Below are positions 38,685 through 48,748 of a stretch of DNA of 64,000 nt, piece after piece. The notes below the pieces were generated by a model. It saw only the letters and a program-made list of their open reading frames with translations, was not told the origin of the DNA and made no database searches. The stretch comes from an uncultured Gemmatimonadaceae bacterium (lineage in GTDB: Bacteria; Gemmatimonadota; Gemmatimonadetes; Gemmatimonadales; Gemmatimonadaceae): the NCBI GenBank assembly GCA_963817955.1, contig CAWFQK010000007.1:96001-160000 (forward strand), read 5' to 3'. The position numbers were made by a program, and so were the translations under genes. Each line of letters starts with the position of its first letter. Position 1 is the first letter of the stretch.

Positions 38685-41432
38685 ATGTCCAGCAGCCTTC
38701 CCATTACGAGCGTCTTCAACGACGGGTACATCGCGGAGGCGTACGAATCGTACCGCCGCGATCCCGCGTCGGTCGACGAATCATGGCGCCAGTTTTTCCG
38801 TGTCGCCGAACGGTTCTCTGGCCCCGCAGCCGCGCCGGGTGGGTACGACGCATCGCTTCTTCGCAAGGCCGCTGGCGCGGCGTCGTTGCTCGGCGCCATT
38901 CAGCGGTACGGCCACCTCGCCGTATCACTCGATCCACTCGGCACACCGCCTCCCGGCGCCGCCGAGCTCAAGCCAGAGTTTCACGGCATCACTGAAGCCG
39001 ATCTCCTGCAGATTCCTGCCTCCGCCGTCGGCGGCGACGCCGGCACCGCTGCGGATGTCGTCCAGCGCATGCGCGAGGACTACTGTGGTGCACTGGGCTA
39101 CGAATTCGAACATCTCGGAGAAGACAACGAGCGGGAATGGTTCCGCACCATGGTCGAGTCGGGCCGGGCAACCACGCCGCTGACAGCAGATGAGAAGAAG
39201 GCATTGCTTCGGCGACTCACTGAAGTGGACGGTCTGGAACGTTTCCTCGGTCTTGCCTACGTCAGCGTCAAGCGCTTTTCCATTGAAGGCGTGGACGCGC
39301 TCGTGCCGATGATCGACGAAGCCATCGCCCGCGCCGCGGAGCTGGGCGCGCATCAGATCGTGATCGGCATGGCGCATCGCGGCAGACTCAACGTGCTCAC
39401 GCACGTCATGGGAAAGACGTATCGCGAACTGCTCGACGAGTTCGAGGGGCGCCATCCGCCGGCGAATGCCAAGGCCGACACGGGCGACGTGAAGTACCAC
39501 AAGGGATATCGCAGTACGCGCGACATCGTGGGCGCGGGATCGGTGGCGCTCGAACTGGTGCCCAACCCGAGTCATCTCGAGCTCGTGAACCCTGTCGCGG
39601 CGGGCATGGCACGCGCGTGGCAGCGCGTGCACGGGGCCGCGCCGAACACCCGCGATGAATCGAGTGTGCTGCCGATCGTCGTGCACGGCGACTCGTCGTT
39701 TCCCGGCGAGGGGGTGGTGTCGGAGACGCTCAACCTGTCGCTCCTGCGTGGATATCGCGTGGGCGGGACGCTGCACATCATCGCCAACAATCAGGTCGGT
39801 TTCACCACCGATCCGATCGACGCACGTTCCACGCATTATTCGAGTGACCTTGCGAAGGGCTTCGAGATTCCGGTGGTGCACGTGAACGCTGACGACGCGG
39901 AGGCCTGTCTGCAGGCCGTTCGACTTGCTGCCGCCTATCGCCAGCGGTTCAAGAAGGACTTTCTCATCGACCTCGTCGGCTATCGCCGTCACGGCCACAA
40001 CGAGTCGGATCAGCCGGCGTTCACGCAGCCGCTGATGTACAAGATCATCACGGAGCATCCAAGCCCGCGCGAAGTGTTCGGTGCGCGCCTGGTGCGCGAG
40101 CGCGTCATGACGGAGGACGAGGTAAAGGCGGCCGACAAGGCGCTGTCTGATCGGCTGCAGTCGATCTATCAGGAGATGAAGCAGGCCGCCGCTGCCGAGA
40201 CCCAGAGCGAGCCACCGGTGGCGGATACATCCGCGCCGCCGCCGAACACGGCGGTGCGAGCCGAGAAGCTCGTCGCACTGAACGAACAGCTGCTGAGCTG
40301 GCCCTCGACCTTCAAGCTGCACCCCACCATGCAACGCACGCTGCCGCGCCGGCGCGACACGATCAACAGTGGCGGCATCGACTGGGGGCATGCCGAAGCT
40401 CTGGCGTTCGCGTCCCTGCTCACCGAAGGCACGAGCGTGCGGCTGACCGGCCAGGATAGCGAGCGGGGCACGTTCTCGCACCGCCAGGTGGTGCTCCACG
40501 AGGTGAACACGGGCGAGACCTTCACGCCGCTTGCGAATCTGCCGCAGGCGACGGGCGCATTTGAGGTCTATAATAGCCCGCTGTCGGAGACTGCGGCGCT
40601 CGGGTTCGAGTACGGCTTCAGCGTCGCGGCGCTGGACGATCTGGTGCTCTGGGAGGCGCAGTACGGCGATTTCGCCAACGTTGCGCAGCCGGTCATCGAT
40701 CAGTTCATCTCCGCCGGCCGTGCCAAGTGGCGACAGTCGTCCGGGCTCGTCCTGCTCCTCCCGCACGGCTACGAAGGACAGGGTCCCGAGCATTCGAGCG
40801 CGCGGCTCGAGCGCTACCTGCAAATGTCGGCCGACGCGAACATGATCGTGGCGTATCCGTCCACGCCGGCGCAGTACTTTCACCTCTTGCGCCGCCAGGG
40901 CATGAACCGGCCGCGCCGGCCACTGGTGGTCATGGCGCCGAAGTCGTTGCTGCGGCTCCCCGCCGCGGCATCCAAGCTCGAGGAGCTCTCCGCTGGATCT
41001 TTCCAGCCCGTGATGGATGATCCGGCCATGACGGAGAAGCGTGATGGCGTGCAGCGTCTCGTGTTCTGTACGGGTCGCATCTATTACGATCTCATCGCCG
41101 CCGAACATGCCGCCAACGTGGCGATCGTTCGTGTCGAGGAGCTGGCGCCCTGGCCGCGCGAAATCGGCGAGATCGTCGATCAGTATCCGACGGTCGAGGA
41201 CGTGGTGTGGGTTCAGGAAGAGCCGAAGAACATGGGCGCGTGGACGTATGTGCAGCCGAGGCTCCGCGCGTCGATTGGCACCATGACGACACTTCGCTAC
41301 ATCGGTCGTCCGGAACGTGCGAGCCCGGCTGAGGGCTATCAGGATTCACACAAGACCGAACAGGCGCGCATCGTGAAAGACGCGATGACGTATACGCCTG
41401 TCTCGAAGCGAAAGGTCGGCTCGGGTCGCTGA
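38685..41432 (+). CDS. sucA: 2-oxoglutarate dehydrogenase E1
   Basis: KRFSIEG; GMAHRGRLNVL; GDVKYH; LLPHGYEGQGPEHSSARLER. Confidence 0.96.
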   Translation: MSSSLPITSVFNDGYIAEAYESYRRDPASVDESWRQFFRVAERFSGPAAAPGGYDASLLRKAAGAASLLGAIQRYGHLAVSLDPLGTPPPGAAELKPEFHGITEADLLQIPASAVGGDAGTAADVVQRMREDYCGALGYEFEHLGEDNEREWFRTMVESGRATTPLTADEKKALLRRLTEVDGLERFLGLAYVSVKRFSIEGVDALVPMIDEAIARAAELGAHQIVIGMAHRGRLNVLTHVMGKTYRELLDEFEGRHPPANAKADTGDVKYHKGYRSTRDIVGAGSVALELVPNPSHLELVNPVAAGMARAWQRVHGAAPNTRDESSVLPIVVHGDSSFPGEGVVSETLNLSLLRGYRVGGTLHIIANNQVGFTTDPIDARSTHYSSDLAKGFEIPVVHVNADDAEACLQAVRLAAAYRQRFKKDFLIDLVGYRRHGHNESDQPAFTQPLMYKIITEHPSPREVFGARLVRERVMTEDEVKAADKALSDRLQSIYQEMKQAAAAETQSEPPVADTSAPPPNTAVRAEKLVALNEQLLSWPSTFKLHPTMQRTLPRRRDTINSGGIDWGHAEALAFASLLTEGTSVRLTGQDSERGTFSHRQVVLHEVNTGETFTPLANLPQATGAFEVYNSPLSETAALGFEYGFSVAALDDLVLWEAQYGDFANVAQPVIDQFISAGRAKWRQSSGLVLLLPHGYEGQGPEHSSARLERYLQMSADANMIVAYPSTPAQYFHLLRRQGMNRPRRPLVVMAPKSLLRLPAAASKLEELSAGSFQPVMDDPAMTEKRDGVQRLVFCTGRIYYDLIAAEHAANVAIVRVEELAPWPREIGEIVDQYPTVEDVVWVQEEPKNMGAWTYVQPRLRASIGTMTTLRYIGRPERASPAEGYQDSHKTEQARIVKDAMTYTPVSKRKVGSGR

Positions 41433-41472
41433 CCTCCACGAGTTGCAGGTAGGCCTACATCGAGGATACCGA

Positions 41473-44130
41473 GTGTTGAAACGAGTATTCGTTGCTCTTG
41501 TCAGTCTACTGTTCATCGGTGCGCCGCGCCTCTCTGCTCAGGAGCGCGGCGCCGCTGCGTTGGGCGAGTTGGTGCAGGGGCTCGGGACCACGACCCGCGT
41601 GTTGATGATCGGGGCGCACCCGGACGACGAGGATACGCAGCTCATTGCATACCTCGCGAAGGGGCGGCACGTCGAGACGGCCTATCTGTCGCTCACGCGT
41701 GGGGATGGCGGGCAGAATCTCATTGGGAACGAGCTCGGCGAAGTGCTCGGAATGATTCGCACCGAGGAACTGCTCGCCGCTCGCCGCATTGACGGCGGTC
41801 GCCAGTACTTCACTCGCGCATACGACTTCGGCTTCTCCAAGACGATCGACGAGACCTATCGGCATTGGCCGAAAGATTCGATTCTGAAGGACATGGTCGC
41901 GATCGTGCGCGCCTTCCGTCCGCAGGTGATCATCTCGGTGTGGTCGGGGACGCCGGCGGATGGACACGGGCATCATCAGTACTCGGGTGTCGTTGCGCGC
42001 GAGGTGTTCGATGCCGCGGCCGACACCGTTCGCTTTCCCGCAGCGAAACTCGGCGGACTCCCGCCGTGGACACCACTCAAATTCTACCGGAGCGCCCGCC
42101 GCGGCGGCGGAACACTGACGTTCAATGTCGGCGAGTACGATCCGCTCATCGGTCGTACGTATTCGGAACTTGCCACCGAGAGCCGCTCGCAACATCGCTC
42201 GCAAGGGCAGGGCGGATTGCCCGAGCTCGGGGTGCGACTCGATGGCGTACGACTGGAGGTCTCGCGCGTGAGCGACGCAGCGGCGCCTGAGTCGGGACTG
42301 TTCACGGGGATCGACACAGGCTGGACACGGTTCAAGTCGCTGCGTCTTGTCGATTCGGCGCGCACGGGCCTGGATTCACTGACGATTGCGCAGGCGGCGG
42401 TGCTGCAGGCCACTGATCTCGTTGGCCCAGCGACCATGGTTGCGCCGCTGGCGAATTATGTGCGACTCGCGCAACGCGCGGCGAGTGGCATTCGGTGCAC
42501 CACGCTCGAGGCGATCGGGCCGGCGTCCCCGCCACCCTGTTCCGGCGCGGTGGGCGATCTGGCGCTCGCGCTCGCGGCGACGCGCGAACGTGCCAGCGCC
42601 GCGCTCCTCCTTGCCGCCGGGGTCACGGTCCAAGCCACTGCCGCTCGCGCCATCGTTGCCGAGGGCGATAGCATGCCGATTAGCGTGTCGGTATACAACG
42701 AAGGGAAGATCCCGGTCATGCTCGCGCGCGCGGCCGTCGTCGGCCAACCGGCGCTCGTTCCGTCTTCACCACGTGCGATCCTTCCCGACAGCACCGCGCG
42801 TGAAACGCTCAGCTATCACGCTGGCATTGCCCGTTCCGTTTCCTGGTGGCTCCGCCGCCCTCGTGTCGGCGATATGTTCGTCCAGAACGCGACGCAACAC
42901 GATGCGTTCGTTGCCCCGGAAATGGTCATGGGGGAAGATCGCGTTCAGGAATCAGGCGTCGACGCAGAGATCCGCATTGGCGCCGTGCAGGTGCCGGTGC
43001 AGACCGGTCCGATCGTCTACCGGTACGCGGACCCGGTGCGCGGTGAGGTGCGCCGCCCGATTGTGGTGGTGCCGGCGCTGACGGTCCTGCTTCAGCATGA
43101 AGTGGAGTACGCGCGCGCCGAGGTTCCGTTCGACCGCACGATGATGGTGTTCGTCCACTCGGCTGCGACCGTCCCGCGTGAGGTCGCAGTGTCGCTCGTG
43201 CTGCCCGAGGGACTCCGCACCGACTCTGCCATTCGTCGGCTCACGCTCGCGCCCTTCGGCGACGCACGTCTCTATTTTCGCGTTCAGGGCCGCTTGATGA
43301 CCGGCCGCCATCAGATCCTGGCGAACGCAAGGATCGGCAACGACATCTACTCGCTCGGCTTTGTGCCGATCGAGTTCGAGCATATTCCGCCGTTGCAGTA
43401 CTATCGCCCGTCCGACGTGCAACTGCAGGCGGTGAACGCGAGCTATGGCGATCTTCGCATTGGATATATCACGGGAGTGGGCGACAACGTGATGCCGATG
43501 CTCGAAGAGCTCGGGTTGCCGGTGACGGAGCTCGACCCCGCGACGCTTCCACAGCTCAATCTTTCGAAGTTCAGTGCCATCGTCGTCGGTCCACGCGCCT
43601 ATGAAGCGAGTCCGGCACTCGTGGCCAACAACCCCGTGCTCATGAACTACGTTCGCAACGGCGGCACGATGGTCACGCAGTACGGCCAGCTCAGGTACAC
43701 CGAGCCTGGCATTCTGCCGTATCCGGTGACGCTGGCGCGGCCGGTGGCCGATCGCGTGACCGATGAGGACGCGCCAGTCCGCGTGCTCGATCCGAGCTCT
43801 CGGCTCCTGCTGTCGCCGAACCGCATCACCGACAGCGACTTCGCAAACTGGGTTCAGGAGCGCGCGTCGTACATGCCGCGGACGTTCGACGCGGCATATC
43901 ATCCGCTGTTCTCCATGAACGACCCGGGCGAGCCACCGAACGCCGCGGCGGTGCTCGTCGCGTCGCTGGGGAAGGGGACGTACGTGTATACGACGCTTTC
44001 GTTCTTCCGCCAGCTGCCGGCGGGTAACCCCGGCGCGGCGCGTCTCTTCATCAACCTGCTGTCGGCTGATCAGCGGGCGATCGCACGGCCGGCGATACTG
44101 CCAGCGCCCGTGCAGCCGGAACATCAATGA
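41473..44130 (+). CDS. Secreted PIG-L/LmbE-family deacetylase, multidomain
   Basis: Signal peptide; AHPDDED; TRGDGGQN; HGHH; RBS gagga. Confidence 0.9.
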   Translation: MLKRVFVALVSLLFIGAPRLSAQERGAAALGELVQGLGTTTRVLMIGAHPDDEDTQLIAYLAKGRHVETAYLSLTRGDGGQNLIGNELGEVLGMIRTEELLAARRIDGGRQYFTRAYDFGFSKTIDETYRHWPKDSILKDMVAIVRAFRPQVIISVWSGTPADGHGHHQYSGVVAREVFDAAADTVRFPAAKLGGLPPWTPLKFYRSARRGGGTLTFNVGEYDPLIGRTYSELATESRSQHRSQGQGGLPELGVRLDGVRLEVSRVSDAAAPESGLFTGIDTGWTRFKSLRLVDSARTGLDSLTIAQAAVLQATDLVGPATMVAPLANYVRLAQRAASGIRCTTLEAIGPASPPPCSGAVGDLALALAATRERASAALLLAAGVTVQATAARAIVAEGDSMPISVSVYNEGKIPVMLARAAVVGQPALVPSSPRAILPDSTARETLSYHAGIARSVSWWLRRPRVGDMFVQNATQHDAFVAPEMVMGEDRVQESGVDAEIRIGAVQVPVQTGPIVYRYADPVRGEVRRPIVVVPALTVLLQHEVEYARAEVPFDRTMMVFVHSAATVPREVAVSLVLPEGLRTDSAIRRLTLAPFGDARLYFRVQGRLMTGRHQILANARIGNDIYSLGFVPIEFEHIPPLQYYRPSDVQLQAVNASYGDLRIGYITGVGDNVMPMLEELGLPVTELDPATLPQLNLSKFSAIVVGPRAYEASPALVANNPVLMNYVRNGGTMVTQYGQLRYTEPGILPYPVTLARPVADRVTDEDAPVRVLDPSSRLLLSPNRITDSDFANWVQERASYMPRTFDAAYHPLFSMNDPGEPPNAAAVLVASLGKGTYVYTTLSFFRQLPAGNPGAARLFINLLSADQRAIARPAILPAPVQPEHQ

Positions 44131-44240
44131 GCGAACGCGACGCGAGGCGGCGTTTTCAGCGCACCTTGGCGAGCGTGATGGCGGTGCAGGTCGTTACGCT
44201 CCTGCTCCTCTGGACGTTACAGCGCTGCTACTCGGCATGA
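44127..44240 (+). CDS. 37-aa single-TM small protein
   Basis: MSERDARRRFQRTLASVMAVQVVTLLLLWTLQRCYSA; ATGA overlap with PIG-L; below the ORF track cutoff. Confidence 0.7.
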   Translation: MSERDARRRFQRTLASVMAVQVVTLLLLWTLQRCYSA

Positions 44241-44262
44241 TCACTCACGCTCCCGAGGATCC

Positions 44263-45831
44263 GTGCATCTACTGGACTGGGTGATCGTCGTCGGATGGCT
44301 GACGTATGTCGTCAGCCATGGTCTGCGCCGATCGCGCGGCACCAAGGAAATCGAAGGCTATTTCCTTGGCCATCGCAGCATCCCCTGGTGGGCGGTCGGC
44401 CTGTCGGTCATGGCGACGCAGCTCTCCGCCGTGACAATGATCGGCACCACGGGTCAGGGCGCCACCGACGGAATGCGCTTCGTGCAGTTCTACTTCGGAT
44501 TGCCGTTGGCGATGGTCATCCTCGGCGTGACGCTCGTGCCGTTTCTTCATGGCGCGCGCGTGTACACGGCGTACGAGTATCTCGAGCGGCGCTTCGATGC
44601 GAAGACGCGCTCGCTCACTGCATTTCTCTTTCTGATCTCACGCGGCATGTCGTGCGGCACGATCATCGCCGCGCCGGCCGTCGTGTTCTCGGCGGTATTC
44701 GGCTGGAGTCTCCCTGTGTGCGTCGCCGTGATCGGCGTGCCGGCGGTGCTGTATACGATGATCGGGGGTGTCCAGGCGGTCACGTGGGTGGACGTGAAGC
44801 AGATGATGCTCATCGTCACGGCATTGGTGGCGATCATCGTGACACTGCTCATCCAGATTCCGGTGTCGCCGGCCGCCGCGCTGCACCTCGCCGGAGCGGC
44901 GGGCCGCCTCCGCGTCTTCGACTTCTCGTTCAGTCTCACGAATACCTACACGTTCTGGTCGGGTATGATCGGCGGCACGTTCCTCATGCTCTCGTACTTC
45001 GGCACCGACCAGAGCCAGGTGCAGCGCTATCTATCGGCGAGGTCCGTGGACGAGGCGCGCACGTCATTGTTGGTCAGTGCCTACTGGAAGATTCCGCTTC
45101 AGGCGCTCGTGCTGCTCGTGGGCGTGCTGGTGTTCGTGTTCTACCAGTATCACACGCCGCCGCTGTTGTTCAATCCGGCGCATGAGCGTGCCGTGCGCAC
45201 TGCTCAGCCGGCGGCGTACGCGGACCTGGAGCGGCGGTGGAACGCGACCACCGTTCCCGCGGCGCACGATACGATTCGAGCCGAGGCCTTGGCACTGGCA
45301 TCGAAGGTGACGGGCCAGCCGTCGAAGGATGTGAATTATATCATTCCGCGATTCGTGATCGACCATATGCCGATCGGACTCGCTGGGCTATTCATCGCGG
45401 CGATCATTGCCGCGGCGATGAACGCCATTTCTGGTGAGCTGAATTCGCTGTCCACCACGACGGTCATCGACTTCTATCGGCGTTGGATACATGCCGAAGC
45501 ACCCGACGCGCACCTGCTCGTTGTTTCCCGCGTTGCCACCGCGGCATGGGGGATTTTTGCATGCGTTGTGGCGACGTATGCGGTGAGTCTCGGGTCACTC
45601 ATCGAGGTGGTGAACCGCTTCGGATCCTTCTTCTACGGATCGATTCTCGGAGTATTTCTGTTGGCCATGACGCCCCGCGCGCGCGCGGCGGGCGCATTCT
45701 TCGGGCTCTTGACCGGCATGGCGGCAGTTGCGGCGGTCAACTTTGGTGCACCCTCGGTGTCGTTCCTGTGGCACAACGTCGTCGGCGCCGTTACGGTGGT
45801 GATCGTCGGATTGGCGATCAGCATGCTGTGA
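44263..45831 (+). CDS. Sodium:solute symporter
   Basis: WWAVGLSVMATQLSA; YEYLERRF; GTDQSQVQRYL. Confidence 0.92.
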   Translation: MHLLDWVIVVGWLTYVVSHGLRRSRGTKEIEGYFLGHRSIPWWAVGLSVMATQLSAVTMIGTTGQGATDGMRFVQFYFGLPLAMVILGVTLVPFLHGARVYTAYEYLERRFDAKTRSLTAFLFLISRGMSCGTIIAAPAVVFSAVFGWSLPVCVAVIGVPAVLYTMIGGVQAVTWVDVKQMMLIVTALVAIIVTLLIQIPVSPAAALHLAGAAGRLRVFDFSFSLTNTYTFWSGMIGGTFLMLSYFGTDQSQVQRYLSARSVDEARTSLLVSAYWKIPLQALVLLVGVLVFVFYQYHTPPLLFNPAHERAVRTAQPAAYADLERRWNATTVPAAHDTIRAEALALASKVTGQPSKDVNYIIPRFVIDHMPIGLAGLFIAAIIAAAMNAISGELNSLSTTTVIDFYRRWIHAEAPDAHLLVVSRVATAAWGIFACVVATYAVSLGSLIEVVNRFGSFFYGSILGVFLLAMTPRARAAGAFFGLLTGMAAVAAVNFGAPSVSFLWHNVVGAVTVVIVGLAISML

Positions 45832-45969
45832 CACGGTGTAGTATGTTCTGTTGTCCTCCGGGCAATACATCTGTTCATTGTTGCGGGCGGCTGTCGCCAT
45901 CCGTCCTGGGACGGGCCACGTAGCCACTCATTTGCCGCTTCGTCTGCACGGTCTCACCTTGGTTCTTCT

Positions 45970-47976
45970 GTGACGCAGCCCTCGGCTGGTCTCGACTTCG
46001 CACGCATCGGTATTTCCGGCGTTCGGCTGGAAGTGCTGTTCGAAGCCGTACCGCTCGCCATCGCTGTCTTTGACGGTGAATTACGGCTCGTCAACGCGAA
46101 TGCGCGCTACCGCGAACTCACCGGCGCCGCCGCGGTATCGCCGGCGAGGGTCTCTATTTACGACGCGTTTCCGAACGCGCTGGCCGACCTCACCGATCAG
46201 ATCGACGGGGCGCTCCGTGGCGCTCCCGTCGGGTTGGCGGTTCGCGTGCCGTTTCAACAGCGAAGCGGTCGCCGGCTCATCGAGACGACGTTCACCGCGC
46301 TGATTGAGGAAAACGGTGGTCGCGGCATTCTCTTCGCCGGCAATGACGTCAGCGAGCGAGAAGATCTGCGTGAGACCCTCAGCCGCAACGTCGCACAGCT
46401 CGAGTCGATCTTCGACGTTATTCCGGACTCCGTGCGCGTGTTCGACACCGAGGGACGAACCGTCCGATCGAATACGCAGGCACTGCAGGACCATCCATCC
46501 GGTCAGCCGTCCACGCTCCGGGAGCTCTGGCAACTCGATCGGCCGCGGACGATCGACGGCACGAGCCTGTTCATGCACGAGCATCCTACGGCGCGCGCGT
46601 TGCGTGGCGAGCGCGTGCGTGGTGAAACGCTGGCGGTACGGCGTGGCGCTGACGGCTCGCCCGTCATCATCGAGGTGAACTCGAACCCGCTGTACGATGA
46701 GCACGGCAAAATTCGTGGTGCCGTGACGGTTGAGCGCGACGTCACCGTCAAGACACAGCTCGCGAAAGCCCTCGAAGAAGAAGCTCGGCGTACCGCGGAG
46801 CTGTACGAACGTGTGTCGACGGAAGCGGAACGGCTCGAGCGCATGGTGCAGGAGCGTACACAGGAACTGTTGGCCCTCCAGGAAGCCCGTTCCCGCGAGC
46901 GCCGGCTCGCTGCCGTGGGGCAGCTGGCCGCCGGCGTCATGCATGATGTCAACAACGCGCTCAATCCGATCATGGCCGCAGCGTACCTGCTCGAGGCGAA
47001 CGCGGACAATCCGACGGCGGTGCGAGACTACGCGGTGCGTATAGCCAAGGCGGCGGAGACTGGCGCTGCCACTGCGGCGCGCGTTGGACGTTTCATTCGT
47101 CAGGAACCCCTTCAGGCCGAACGCGAAGAACCGGTCGACCTCTCAGCGGTCTGCGACGAAGTAGTGGCGATGACGCGGCCGCTCTGGGCGGAGCGTGCGC
47201 GAGGCGGCATGGTGCACCTCGAGCACGATCTCGCCCCAGACGCGATGATCCGCGGGATCACCGGTGAACTGCGCGAGGCGCTCCTCAACCTCGTGCAGAA
47301 CGCACTGGACGCCATGGCCGGCGGCGGCACGCTCGGTCTGCGCACATTGGTTACGGACACGGAGGTTCGTCTCGAGGTCCGCGATTCCGGCATCGGCATG
47401 TCGGCCGAGGTGCGTGATCGCGCCTTTGAGCCGTTCTTCACGACTAAAGGAAGAGCGGGAACCGGCCTCGGCTTGGCCGAGGTGTATGGTATCGTCAAGC
47501 GGCACCGTGGCTTCGCTGAAATCGAGTCGATGCCCGGTGTCGGCACGACGATTCGCCTTGTGTTTCCGAAGGCGTCCCGCGTCGCGGCCCTGGAGATCCC
47601 CGAGAGCAAAGAACCGCGAACACACGTGGCGAGAAAGGTATTGCTCGTCGAGGATCACCCGGACAGTCGCGAATTTATGCAGGCGCTCCTTGAGTCCGAC
47701 GGCCATTCGGTTGATACTGCCATCGGTGTATTGGACGCGACAGAATTATTAGAGAGGGCCTCACCAGCCTACGAGGTTCTGGTCACGGATATTGGCCTCT
47801 CCGACGGCAGTGGGTGGGATTTGATTACATTTGCAAGACAACGCTGGCCTTCGATGCGGATCGGCGTCGTTACCGGCTGGGAACCACGCGTTGGCGCAGG
47901 CGCGGATGGAGATTTCATTCTCCGCAAACCGGTCCGAACATCAGAGTTGCTCGCACAGGTCGCCGGCGAAGGTTGA
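45970..47976 (+). CDS. PAS-PAS hybrid histidine kinase with REC
   Basis: Two PAS domains; GVMHDVNN; FEPFFTTK; GTGLGL; C-terminal REC. Confidence 0.9.
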   Translation: MTQPSAGLDFARIGISGVRLEVLFEAVPLAIAVFDGELRLVNANARYRELTGAAAVSPARVSIYDAFPNALADLTDQIDGALRGAPVGLAVRVPFQQRSGRRLIETTFTALIEENGGRGILFAGNDVSEREDLRETLSRNVAQLESIFDVIPDSVRVFDTEGRTVRSNTQALQDHPSGQPSTLRELWQLDRPRTIDGTSLFMHEHPTARALRGERVRGETLAVRRGADGSPVIIEVNSNPLYDEHGKIRGAVTVERDVTVKTQLAKALEEEARRTAELYERVSTEAERLERMVQERTQELLALQEARSRERRLAAVGQLAAGVMHDVNNALNPIMAAAYLLEANADNPTAVRDYAVRIAKAAETGAATAARVGRFIRQEPLQAEREEPVDLSAVCDEVVAMTRPLWAERARGGMVHLEHDLAPDAMIRGITGELREALLNLVQNALDAMAGGGTLGLRTLVTDTEVRLEVRDSGIGMSAEVRDRAFEPFFTTKGRAGTGLGLAEVYGIVKRHRGFAEIESMPGVGTTIRLVFPKASRVAALEIPESKEPRTHVARKVLLVEDHPDSREFMQALLESDGHSVDTAIGVLDATELLERASPAYEVLVTDIGLSDGSGWDLITFARQRWPSMRIGVVTGWEPRVGAGADGDFILRKPVRTSELLAQVAGEG

Positions 47977-48028
47977 CCGCGTTTTTCACCGCTGGCGTCT
48001 ACCGCCGCGCGGGGCCAGATTCCGTAAG

Positions 48029-48649
48029 ATGACAGACTCAGTCTCGCGTATCCGTGTTCTGATTGCCGAGGACGATGACAATGCACGCTCATTGCTCATC
48101 GATCTTCTGGGGACCCTCGGCCACACTGTTGTTGCCGAGGTCTCGACTGGTCGCGAGGCTTTCGAGCGGGCGCTGGATGTCGTGCCCGATGTGGTGCTGC
48201 TCGATGTGCACATGCCCGATGGCTCGGGCATCGAGGCCGCTGAGCGCATCACGCAGGCAATCCCCGGCGTAGCTGTCGTGCTGTTCAGCGGGGATCACAC
48301 GCTGACCCTGACTGATCGCGATGTCACCGCCACGGCGGCGATCGCGTTCCTTCCAAAGCCGGCGCCGCCGCGCGTGCTCGACTCGACCATTCGTCTTGCT
48401 GCCAGGCGCGCCAAAGAACTGATGGCCGCTCGCCAGGACGCCGAGTCGGCGCGACAGGCACTCGAGAATCGCAAGACGATCGAGCGCGCAAAGGGCATTC
48501 TGATGCGACGCACAGGTTCGTCGGAGCAGGAGGCGTATCGCATTCTCCAGCGCACGAGCCAGGACCGTTCGGTGCCAATGGTCGAGATCGCGCGCGCTGT
48601 GTTGGCGAGCGAGCCGGGATTCCAGGAGACGACGAAGGAGACGAAATAG
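48029..48649 (+). CDS. REC-ANTAR RNA-binding response regulator
   Basis: LLDVHMP; LENRKTIERAKGILM...EQEAYRILQRTSQD. Confidence 0.92.
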   Translation: MTDSVSRIRVLIAEDDDNARSLLIDLLGTLGHTVVAEVSTGREAFERALDVVPDVVLLDVHMPDGSGIEAAERITQAIPGVAVVLFSGDHTLTLTDRDVTATAAIAFLPKPAPPRVLDSTIRLAARRAKELMAARQDAESARQALENRKTIERAKGILMRRTGSSEQEAYRILQRTSQDRSVPMVEIARAVLASEPGFQETTKETK

Positions 48650-48680
48650 GACGGTGGCGGTCGCCACGCTTGCGGATTGG

Positions 48681-48721
48681 AAAAGAAAAGGGGTCGTGAC
48701 GCGGTGCGTCACGACCCCTTT
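48681..48721. terminator. Bidirectional intrinsic terminator
   Basis: aaaagaaaaggggtcgtgacgc-ggt-gcgtcacgaccccttt between convergent genes. Confidence 0.88.
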
Positions 48722-48748
48722 GTCAACTTCCGCAGCCGAATCGTCGTC

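Noticed and set aside
38685..41432. sucA without an adjacent sucB
   Set aside because: Split sucA/sucB arrangements are common; sucB may lie elsewhere in the genome.
45832..45969. ANTAR target dual-hexaloop RNA near the ANTAR regulator (also checked 31092-31159)
   Set aside because: No pair of hexaloop hairpins with the expected A/G loop positions was found.
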